This document shows, in pieces, positions 43,201 to 55,200 of a stretch of 64,000 nucleotides of DNA. Where the stretch lies: positions 89,158,001 to 89,222,000 of the forward strand of contig OZ076409.1 of the NCBI GenBank assembly GCA_964187785.1, written 5' to 3'. The notes beneath the pieces were generated by a model. That model saw nothing but the letters and a program-made list of their open reading frames with translations. It was not told the origin of the DNA and ran no database searches. Numbering within the stretch: the first letter of the stretch is position 1; the number at the start of each line of letters is the position of its first letter. A program made the translations under genes and the position numbers. Source of the stretch: Amphiscolops sp. MND2022 (taxonomy: Eukaryota).

Positions 43201-46200
43201 AAATTGGCCCGCTGTATGCTCCAAATGGACCAACGTTGGAGTTTGAAGTCAAAGGAGACCGGACCAACTTTATCGATTTACAAAACATTTATTTGGAAGT
43301 CAAGTGTAAAATTGTAAAAGCAGACAACACCAATTTAAATTATGTGACTGGAGACGCAACTCAACAAGACACGCCAGTTTTCGTCAACAATACTCTCCAT
43401 TCATTATTCTCGGATTGCACTGTAACAGCCCAAGGAGTAAAGGTCTCTTCTGCAAATGGACTTTATGCCCACAAGGCCTTTATTGAAACTGAATTTTCTC
43501 ACAACAAGGAAGCAAAAAACACTTGGTTGGAATGTCAGGGTTATAGCTACGAAGCCAACCCCAGTACGCACACCTTGGCGGCTTTCACAAAGAGAGAAGC
43601 TGAAACAAGATCTTCAACCACTGTAACTTTTATTGGGAGAGTTGCCTCTGATTTTTTCTCGTGCGAAAAACATCTCGTGAGTGGAGTTGAGCTGAGAATA
43701 TCCTTCCTTCGAACGAGGCCCGAATTTTGCTTGATTTACGACGACGCAGGTAAAGACTACAAAGTTAACATAACTCAAGCCAATTTGTACGTTCGCAAAA
43801 TGACTCTTACTGAGAATGCCTATTCAGCAATTGAAACAACTTTGGCGAAAGCCACTGCTCGATATCGGTACACTGAGATCATTCCAAGGACTTTTCTCAT
43901 CGGACAAAACTCACAAAGTTGGGATCAAGAAAATGTCTTTAGCGGTCAACCGATTCGAAGATTTATACTTGCCATGTCAACCAATGCTGGTTTTGTGGGG
44001 GCCAAAACTACAAACCCATTCCACTATCAAAAATTTGGCTTGCGGAGCATAACAGTCTATCGTAATGGTCATCCAATTGCTGGAACACCCTTAGAGACTG
44101 ACACCGATAAAAAGATGTACTTGAATTCAATGGGAGCTCTAGCGTTCCATGAGCATGGTCATGGAATTTCATTTGAAGAATATGCAAATCATTATCTTTT
44201 GGTTTTCGACTTAACCAGTACGCAGCAAGCATCACACGATTATTTACATCCTGAACTTACTAGTGCATCAATCTCAATCAGTTTGCGGTTTGACACCGCA
44301 CTGGCACAAATCACAGAAGTACTTTTACTGGGAGAAACCGCTTCAACAATTTACGTCAATAACAGCAGAAAAGTCTCAAAGAACTACTATATAGCTCCCG
44401 ATACCGCAATTACAAGAAAATGATTGACGAAGTACAGTTGGGCTCTCTCATCAACAAGTGTAAACACTTGAAGTACAAATTTTCTGGTGTTTATGCAGCA
44501 GATAATTTTCCCCTCAATGTAAAAAATGGCAACTTTATCATTGTCAATTCAGACAAGGCTACCCAAATGGGAACTCATTGGCTTTTGCTGTGCAACAGAA
44601 ACAACAAGTACTTATTCGCTGACCCGCTTGGCCTTCCACTCAACAATTACCCTCATGTTCGTGATCGACTATCTTTTGCAGATTTGGGAGTGACAGAGAT
44701 TATACAAGCTCCTCTGCAAAACTTTAACTCAAATTTGTGTGGACTTTATTGCATTTATATAGCTCATTATGTATTTGGCGCTCATTTTCCTATTATTCCT
44801 TACATTAGTGAACAAGAACTATTACGATTTGTAAAACATTTCATTTAGTGCTGTCTTGTCTAATTGAGTTTTATCCTTTAAGCTTTTTTTTCGAAAACAA
44901 AGAGCACAAGAATGAATTATTCAAGTAAAAATTTAAAAAAAAAACATCATGGAATCAACAAAGCTGCAAGACAAAACAAAAAATTAAATGGTTTGAAAGT
45001 TCATTATATACACGGGCTCGCCATCCATAGCTCCTGGCTTCCAACAGTCATTCTCCTCCTCCTCCAAAGTCGTCGGTGACGTATAACTACGGCCGTCCGG
45101 CTCAATTGTCATGTCAAAGAAGGAGAAACTAACTCGAAGACCTGACCGCTTGCTACTGGGACTTCTTAGCGATGAGAAGATGGGGAAAGTGTTGATATTG
45201 GGCACGGAGTTGTGTTTGATCCGCCAGGTCCTCGGAGCTGCGTCCTTGATGTATTCCACCGTGTCGTTGAAGTGCACTTTCTTGTGATGAGGTGCACCGA
45301 TATTTGATACAAGCTCATCATCCATTCTGAGGCAGGATCTGATTGGAAATGCTGAGGGATCAAACATTATTTCAAAATGTAGAGGCAAAGAGAAGAGTGA
45401 AGTTGAGTGAGAAAGGCAGCGAAGCAAAGAAGTTGAAGACACGAAATTGAACGGTTGATTTTAAAATCAGGCAAGAAGCAAATGATTTTGGCCTGCGGCC
45501 AGACAAGTCCGGTGGCGGCGAGCAACAGCTTGCATTTTTACGATCGAGTGCTGAGAAAAAATTTAACAACAACTCACTTTCTAGGGGAACTTTTATTGCG
45601 TAGCGTGTCTGGAGGGGTTGTGTTTCAACAGTTGCGCTTTGTTATTTTGCCGGTTCAAACGAAATCAACCGCCTATTGTCTGGGAGGGGGTGCGTCAGGT
45701 TGCATTTGTTTTGCTGGTTGAAACGAGATTAACCGCCGATTGTCTCAGAGGGGTGCGTCAGCTTGCGTCTGTCGTCGAACCCGAACAACCCCCGATAGCT
45801 CAATTTTAAAACAATTTCTCAAAATAAAAAATCAAAAATCGCCAACTTTGTTGCAAATCAGTTACCCTCACAAGCAAAAATTGTTGAAAATAACCAACTC
45901 TCACCTGCAATATTTGGTTGAAAATACTATTTCAGATTGAGACTCAAATTCAAAAAGCAAATGAAAAAGTTAAACAAACCCGTTTCCACCAAATTTGTAA
46001 GATTGCGCCCGTTGGGGTAATTCAATCAACAATCTGATATGGTAGTTTCAATCAAATATTCTTGTCAGTCGAAATGAGAACTTGCGACGTTTGTCAGAAA
46101 ACTTTCGGAAACAAAAATTTACTTCGTCAACATCGACGGAATGTTCACAAAATTCCTGCTTACATGTTCATCATTGAATGCGACGAATGCCACAGAATGG

Positions 46201-49200
46201 AACTCTCTGTTGCTCGGATGGAACAGCACTTTCGCGATAAGCACGGAACCCAGCTGGAAAAGGTGTGCGTCTATTGTGGCCTCGGATTTGACGTTCCGGA
46301 TAAATTTTATGATCACCTGGTAAAGAAACATGAACTGCCACCGCCCATCGACGCTGATCGTGAAAAAACAAAACCAGTTTCATCAGCCTTCGACGGTGCT
46401 CTGAAAGTGTTCAAGATTGAGGGATCAAACGAGAACGATTTGATGCAGTTCATGACCAATGTGAAACCGCAACTCGATCAACTTGTTTCTGAAAATGTGA
46501 CGCGGACTGGTCGGAAAATGCAGCTCATTTTGAAAGTTCACCTTTCAAAGCCGATAAAGGGAGACGAAACTACTCTCTTTCTTCGATCGCTAATGGTACC
46601 TGTGTACGGCACTAGTCTACCCCAAGCTGATTTCCTGGCTGCAGTGGACAAACTACTTAATACGTTGTTCACGTTCACTGCCTCCGGAAGTGGGTGGATT
46701 TTGGACAAAATTGTTGATCTGGAAGTCAAGTTCGCTACATTCAACCCAATTCGAGGATCTTCCTATCTGCCTACTCCACCTGAATTGGACGCATCTCACT
46801 TGTTATTAAACATACGGAACCGTCAAGATCACAGTTGTTTCTTGTACTGCTTCACGGCTGCGTGGCACCTGAAGCATGGACCATTACTCTATAACTCAGG
46901 ATGTGATTCAATAAAAAAACGCACGAGTCCAGACACCTATTCCCGACGAAACCCGTTGGCTCACCAAGCCGTAGGCGATTTTGAAATGCCAATGGGCTTT
47001 GGGCAGATGCTACGCTTCGAGAAGCTAAACAACTGTAAAATCAACGTGTTCCGATACACTGAAAAGCAGCTTGTTCCTCTGCGTGTTACCCGAGATGTCT
47101 CTGATGTTCTGGAGATCGACCTTCTGTTGGTAGATGATGGTCAAGAGTATCATTATATTCTGATACTGGACATCTTGAGACTAGTTTCCAATGTTAAAGG
47201 AACCACAACGCTGTATCAGAGAGTCCTCTGTAGAAACTGTTTCCACATTTGCATGAATGAAAGCACTTACAAACGGCATCGAATCAGTTGCTTGCAACAT
47301 GAGCCAGCTCTTGTTAAAATGCCCACACCAGACAAAAACAAGCTAAAGTTTAAAAATTTAGGTGCCCGGTGGTTCGCGCCAGTGGTAATCTACTTCGACT
47401 TGGAGTCAATTATTAAACCAGTTGCAGGCTGTCAAAATGCCAATCAATCAACAAGTATTACTGAAATACATCAACCAAGTGGCTTCTGCCTAGTTGGAAT
47501 TGAGCATGGAAATCCTAATCCTATTTTTATGCAACTAGAGCGCTCTGAAAACTGCATGGAAAAATTCGTCGAGGCACTTGAAAAGATTGCCCAGGAAATG
47601 CATCAAAAGAAGCAAAGCAACAGGTACTTCCGAGATCCAGTACCAGAAAGACCTAAAGAAGCCCAACTCTGTTGGATCTGCGAAGGTCAATTCGGAATAA
47701 ACCGAGACATCGAGGACGACAAAGTCATTGACCATTGCCATTACTCGGGAAAGTTTTTGGGATTCGCGCATCCAGAATGCAATCTCAAGAGGAAAACTAT
47801 CAACTTCATACCAATCATGGCCCACAACTTGTCAAACTATGATCTACATCATGTGTGTTTGTTTATTCACAAGTTTAAACCTGGCTGCAAAATAGAAGTC
47901 ATTCCAACCACAGACGAGAAATACATCACCTTGACGATCGGAGTACCTGTAAGGAACTACCAAGACAAAAACGGAGTAACAAAAACTGTCTTCGAGTATT
48001 TGCGTTTCATTGACTCGTTCAGGTTTATGGCATCTTCACTCGAAAAACTTGCAAGCTATCTGCCAAAGGAAAAATTCAAGATTCTGGACAATTGCTTCGC
48101 TGATTCTCCGGAAACTGACCGAGACCTCTTGCATCAGAAGGGATACTATCCCTACTCATACTTTGACGATTTCAATAAATTTCAAGAGGAGGAGCTACCA
48201 CCACGAGAATTTTGGAAAGATTCGCTGCGAAACGGTGCAATTATGTTGACCCAAGAAGAATGGAAACATGCTGTCAAAGTCTATGAGCAATTCAATTGCT
48301 CAAATTTGGGTGATTATCATGATTTGTACCTCAAAACCGATACATTGATTCTGGCATGTGTCGTTGAGGAATTCCGGACGCTGTGTTACAAGACCTATGG
48401 CTTGGATAGCGCTCATTACTTCACCTGCTCACATTTGTCTGGTGACGCTTTCTTGAAAAAATGCCAGGCAGACATTGAGCTCCTAACTGATCGCTCTCAT
48501 CTAGAAATGGTGGAAGACATGATAAGAGGCGGTGTTGCGTCTGTATTCGACAAAAGATTTTTCAAAGCAAACAACAGGTATGTGACAGAGCATAATTACA
48601 ACGACTATAACACCTACGGCGTACTCCTAGATGCCAACAATTTATACGGGGGTATCATGGAAAAGTTTCCATTGCCGTTGAACAGCTTCGAGACTGTTCC
48701 AGAAATAAACCTCAACAAAGTTTTGGAGACACCCAATGACTCAGAAGAAGGGTACATCTTAGAAGTGGACCTCCATTACCCTGATAGGCTCCATGACGGA
48801 CATGAAGATTTTCCGTTAGCTCCAACAAAAGAAAAAATATATTACAAAAGTTTGGGAGAAAAGCAGCAAGAACAGTTGGCACTATTGGGCGAAAACAGAC
48901 AATTTAGTCAAAGCAAAAAACTTATACAGTCACTTTCGGATAAAAAAACTACACTGTGCACTACATAACACTGAAACTGTATGTTAGTCTCGGTATGGAA
49001 GTAACAAAAGTGCATCGTGCCCTGAAATTCAAACAATCATATTGGCTGAGGCCCTATATGCAGCTAAACACTGAAAAAAGAAAAGAGTCCCGGAATAAAT
49101 TTGAGGAGAGCTTCTTCAAGTTGATGAACAATTCATGTTACGGGAAGACTCTGGAGAGCAAACGCAATCGCCTCACTGTGCAGCTAGTGACCAGTAGAGA

Positions 49201-52200
49201 AAACGTTTTGAGACGAACTGATACCCCATTCTTTTGCGAATTTAAAATTTTCAATGAAAACCTAGCAGCAATTTCATCACGAAAACGATCAATTTTGTGG
49301 AACAAACCAACAATAGTCGGAGCAACTGTTTTGGATTTAGCAAAGTACCACATGTTTAACTTCCACTACAATGTAATGAAAAAACACTTGAATTGCTTTG
49401 TGCTATATTCTGATACTGACTCTTTGTTATATGAGATCAAACACACGGACTTCTACGAGGAACTCGCCACAAACGATGAATTACGTCAACACTTTGACCT
49501 CTCCAATTACCCCGCGGATCATCATCTCTACAACAACGACAACAAGATGGTCACACTCAAGTTTAAGGATGAATTAGCGGGAGAGCCGATCGAAGAATTT
49601 GTTGGTCTGAAACCCAAAATGTACTCCATCTTGGTTGGAGGAAAGCAGAAGCTGTCTGCCAAAGGAGTTTGTAAATTCGCACAAAAAGAGCTGACCCATA
49701 TTCTCTACAAAAATGTTTTAAATAAGGGCGAAACCTACAAGACAATGAACACGAGAATTGGGTCGAGTAAACATCAATTACAAACCATCAAGGTCAACAA
49801 GGTATCCCTCTGCTCATTCGACGATAAAAGATTCATTTTGGAAGATGGCATTTCAACTTTGCCCTTTGGACATTATATGATAAGAGATGTTCACGTAACA
49901 CAAGACATTTTCGATGAACCAGATTGGGGCTATGAAGAAGAAGAAACGCCAACTAGTCCCACGTGGGACGAACTAAACGGCAACGACCCCCAAAGTACAA
50001 TCACAAGTATTCCCCGAGGAAGCACCCATGCCGCGAAATGCTTCACTTCCCACGCAATTTCGTGTGAGGTCTCGGTCAAGCGACGAGGAAGCAATGACAC
50101 TTACTCAAGAATTGATGGAAGAATGGTCGCCCCCTGATCCAGGATTCAACCAAAGAGAGTACAGCGACTCTGAGCTGGAGGAGGACGAAGCCAACTTGAA
50201 TGAATTTCCAGAGGAGCAGAGCCCCCCACGAAACCCATTCATCGATGATGAGGCGGAGGTAGCATGGGATGCAGATGGCGAAACTGCACAACCAGAAGAC
50301 GAAGAGTCAGACCCCGATGACTGCGTGTTGGTTGCCCATCTGACCGAAGATGAATCAAATGCAATCGAGGACTTGGAACACCTAATCGATTTCGACAATT
50401 GCTTCAGCGATGATGAATTTGTGAACCGCATCAAAAGAGCAAAAAGAAGGCGTATGGAAATTGTGAGCGACAGTGGGAGCGAATAAAACTTTAGCTTATA
50501 TTATTGCAAATGCTGATATCTTGAAACTAATGTGTGTTGTAATCTTTGTTGTACTCTTTGTTCTCAAGTACTTGTTGAAGGAAATTTCAAGTGGTTTTGA
50601 GTGCTGCAATAACTTTGTAAATTCAGTCTTGTTTCGCTCCCATTTTATTGGCTGGCGCGATAACTAATCAAAGCGTAGTAAGACACAGTTGTATGGAACG
50701 TATTACAGATCAAGCTTTCAAAAACAGTACCGTTCTTTAGGACAAAAACGGCTATCTTCCGATATACATGGCTATATAGGACGTATATTTGATCTATCTT
50801 TCAATATGCAGTACCATAGTATAGACCTCAAAAGGCTATCATCCGATATACACGGTCGTATAGGACTCATATTCAATCTATCTTTCAATATACAGTACCA
50901 TACTATAGACCTGAATAGGCTATCATCCGATATGCATGGCTATATAGGACGTATATTTGATCTATCTTTCAATATACCGTACCATACTAAAGGTTCAAAA
51001 TGGCTGTCATCTGATATACACGGTCGTATAGGACTCATATTCAATCTATCTTTCAATATACAGTACCATACTATAGGTTCAAAATGGCTATCATCTGATA
51101 TACACGGTCGTATAGGACGTATATTTGATCTATCTTTCATTATACAGTACCATACTATAGACCTGAATAGGCTATCATCCGATATGCATGGCTATATAGG
51201 ACGTATATTTGATCTATCTTTCAATATACCGTACCATACTAAAGGTTCAAAATGGCTGTCATCTGATATACACGGTCGTATAGGACTCATATTCAATCTA
51301 TCTTTCAATATACAGTACCATACTATAGGTTCAAAATGGCTATCATCTGATATACACGGTCGTATAGGACGTATATTTGATCTATCTTTCATTATACAGT
51401 ACCATACTATAGACCTGAATAGGCTATCATCCGATATGCATGGCTATATAGGACGTATATTCGATCTATCTTTCAATATACAGTAACATACTATAGACCT
51501 GAATAGGCTATCATTCGATATACATGGCTATATAGGACGTATATTTCATCTATTTTTCAATACCATAGACATAAAATGGAAAAAGCGTTGCAATAAAAGC
51601 AAAACACTAGGCTTACATGCTGCCCCATAGTTCATATACCGCCCCATTGACTCATGAGAGGTCCCTCACATGTGAACCGGAAGATATGATGAATAAAGGA
51701 TAAACACAATGTCTTTATGATGCCCGGAGGCTTGATTGTCGTTACATTACCATTTAATCGGATTTATGATGAATAAAATGAATAAAAAGACAAAGTATCT
51801 GAACGGGTGGGGAAAGTGATGCCCAAAACATTGATGCTTCAGAAAAAGCAAATTCAACAACGATGTCTACACCGCATCAGAATTCGCATTTTTGAAGCGA
51901 CAACGTTAGGGTTCACTCAGAACTAACATGATAAAAATGCTTCATTTCAATTTGAACTCTCAATGTTCACAAAATTCACAATTGTTTTTCACCAAAAAGA
52001 ATAAAAATGAAAAATTCAACATACCGTGACCTAATTTTTCAAGGCAGCAAAGAGAGCGAATGCGAAGTCGGCTGAGTTTTCGTGCTGCAAGTTCTTCGTT
52101 TCGATCACGCAATCCCGAATACCAACAAGTTTCATAATGACTTTTCCCATCGCTGAACCGCGAACTCCACTCTCCCTTGGGCTCGGGGAAATTTTGACTT

Positions 52201-55200
52201 CAACTTCTTTGTAGAGACCAGTCAACGTCTTGGGCACTGTATGATTTTCACCTGGTGTTGTGGGGTCACAACTTAGAACAATCTGGAACTGTTTGGATGC
52301 AGCTAATTTTGCCGCCTTTTCAATGGCTTTTTGTCTTGTACTAAGTACTGCTGATGCAAATCCCAGTTGTCCTTTACCGTTCCCCACAGCTACTACCGCT
52401 CGGTACCTCCAACGCTGTTTTCCTGATCGCTTGTCCTCGCTCGAGAGTGGCATAACCTTTATCACTTCTGTCTTGAACTGATCACGTTGTGGTTCTTCCT
52501 GATTGGGAATGGAAGTCGAAGGTTGCGGTATTTCTTCCCCATATTCCCAAAAACCTACTCTGGTTTGGTCAAACCCCCAAATTACCCTCAGGTAATCCAT
52601 GGTGGCTTTTTATTCACAGGCTAAAAAGTTTCACTGGGCTACAAATATTTTAAGGCATCTGATTCTATCGGCAACGTCAAACGGGAAAGGAAAAAGATCC
52701 AAGCGATTTGTAAAAAAGTTGAAGGAAACCAAAAAAGCTCTATTAGGCTCCTCAGCTTAATAGTTGATATCTTGACTACATGATTCTAGGATTAATTACT
52801 TGATTTTCTGGAGCAAAAGAATTCTATTCTAGACAAAAGAAATCGAGCATCATTAAAAGACATGTTAGTTTGAAGAAATTAGTTCTCACTTTTCGTAGTA
52901 GGAATGCAGCCAATTTTGGAAAGAGTTCAAATGAGGCAGTTGATTAGTCAAGAAGAACTGTATGCATGTATGCTTCTTTTGATCTTTCAACCAAAATAGT
53001 CAAAACTGAAGGTTATTAAAAAAACATTCAATTTTTCAAAATCCGATTTTGGAATCAGTGTCTATGGTCACGATCACGGAAGATAGTAACGTGAAAATTT
53101 GAATGTTATGTTTTCAAACAAAGAAAAAATTAAAGTCTTTTCAAAAGAAGCAAACACTATGTGCATGGGCTGGAAAGTATAAGAAGTAAACTTTGATTTT
53201 CTGGGGTATGCAATGTGAAATAGGCGGTGGAAATTCAAGCTGGTCATAAGACAAGCTACTTTTTGTCGGTTTATACGAATTTGCTGCGAACTTTGCAAGA
53301 AAACAACCAATCCAGATCACTCGGGAAAAGATTTCCTTTATTCATATCAGTTCGTGGCCATTGTAGTGAAACGAGACAGTGACGAACAAACAAAAAGCTT
53401 CAATCAAGGCAAGCAGACAATTTTAAAAGATATCCGAGTGACCGAATCATGAAACAATCACAGGCATGTTAAATCAACAAAAGTTCCAGACAAAAGTCAA
53501 ACCCAAGTGACGCTTTCTGAAGTTCCCCCGCCTTTAGAAGAGCCTGGATAAGTCTGTGGAATATTCTAGAACTGATTTTGAAAGATACTAAACCCGAAAA
53601 ATAACAAAATTAGACTTTGGTCTTTGTTAATTTGGATGTTGATCATTTTTGACGATAGTCACGCGTAAATAGGAAAAAGATCGTTTTTGACGATGGTCAC
53701 GCAGAAATGCGAAGGAAATTTTTTTAGACGTTTGTACACGCAATCGACAGTTATCATTTTTGACACGCACAACTGAAAGTTATCATTTTTGACGATTGTC
53801 ACGCACAATTGAAAGTTTCCATTTTTGACGATTGTCACGCACAATTGAAAGTTTCCATTTCTAACGTCACGCGCAACTGAAATTTCAATTTTTTAGCATG
53901 TAGAGTGGGGGGGAGGGGGTGTGTTTATATTTTTGGTAGTTTTTTGGGTTTCTCATGCCAACGATACGTTTAATCAAATTTGTGAATGTTTCACACCATT
54001 TGTGTTTTTTTTTTGAGAATTTCAAAATTTTTCGATTTTAGCATGTAGAGTGGGGGAGGGGGGGTGTGTTCATATTTTCGGCAGTTTTTTATCGGTTTCT
54101 CAGGCCAACGATGCATTTCATCACATTTGTACCTTGACTTTCATCCCCGAAATTCCCCAGTCGAATCCGGGACTTGGCAAAAATTTTGGAAAATTTCAAA
54201 CACCACCCCTTGGTCGGTTTACTAGACATAAAAACAAACTACTCACAATTATTCGTCTTCTGAATACTGAATATGCTTTTCGGAGCTTAATCAATTTTGT
54301 TGGTCACATGACCTGTCAACTGGTAATTTGTAGAGAAACCATTCAATGGCCATCCAATTCGCGATAACGTTCGAGGTTGTAGTTATTTTAATGCTGCGAT
54401 GACCTCGCTGATGTTTAATAAGAATCTGTGGTTGTTGTTGATGGAAAATTTTTTGTCTCCAATTTTATGTGCAACATTTCGCATTAATGTCTGAAACTGC
54501 AAGATGGGAACCTCATGGGTAGATTGAAATCATCTTGATAATATACAGTAACGAGTTCTTTTGCACTCATGCTTTTGTTTTTGCAGCCTCACAAGGACGT
54601 CCGTCGGTGGGTTCTGAGTGTGACGAGTCACTGAAGTTCAACATAATTCATCTGGAAAACCAAAAGCAAGAGTTGAAAACAAAAGTGACCGAACTGGAAA
54701 CCCAACTGATTCATTTAACAAAAGAAAAAGCTATCATTGAAAAGGAGAACGAAAAACTGAAAAGTGGTGCTCAGAGAGAACAGAAGTCACAAGAAGAGTT
54801 CAAGTCTCAGTTGAACAAAGTAAGTTGTTGCAATTGCTAAACTAATTTACTTTAATGGGTAAACTGGTTTTCAATATTTATATCAAACCTCAAAAATTAA
54901 AAGCGGACTCCAGATCATTATTGTTTTTAGTCGGCGCATTTTATAAGAGAACATGTATAGAAATCAAAAAATTCCTATTAGCCTATGTTCTCTATTGTTT
55001 ACGTTTAGTTGATCATTCAATTTGTTCCAGGTAAACGGCGAGAAAAAAGCGCTGCATTCTACAATTGAGCAGCTCAAAGAGTCACACACTTCTGAAATTG
55101 ATTCGCTGAAAGAAGAAATAGAATCTTTAACACAGAATCTGGAAACATCAAGGAAAAGTTTAATGAGTGATTCTAACACCGATGAAAAGTTGAAGGAAGC

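Larger units (their letters stand above)
36813..54243 (+). mobile_element. Full-length Polinton/Maverick (adintovirus-like endogenous virus), 17,431 bp
   Basis: AGTAGT...ACTACT termini; ~110-bp TIRs (first ~65 nt nearly identical); 6-bp TSD CACAAT at 36807-36812 and 54244-54249; complete core gene set. Confidence 0.97.

Noticed and set aside
48935..48960. Programmed -1 frameshift in pPolB
   Set aside because: The A-AAA-AAC heptamer is not in the zero frame (GAT AAA AAA ACT), and the break splits the conserved palm region; a 1-nt deletion is the simpler explanation.
50750..51562. CRISPR-like array
   Set aside because: Units are contiguous tandem repeats without unique spacers; eukaryotic context and no cas genes.
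52031..52600. Bacterial rpsE contamination or the host's real RPS2 gene
   Set aside because: It lies within TSD-bounded Polinton TIRs with no spc-operon neighbours, has eukaryote-type motifs (KVMP, HTVP, GIxDC), and is too divergent for a housekeeping RPS2.
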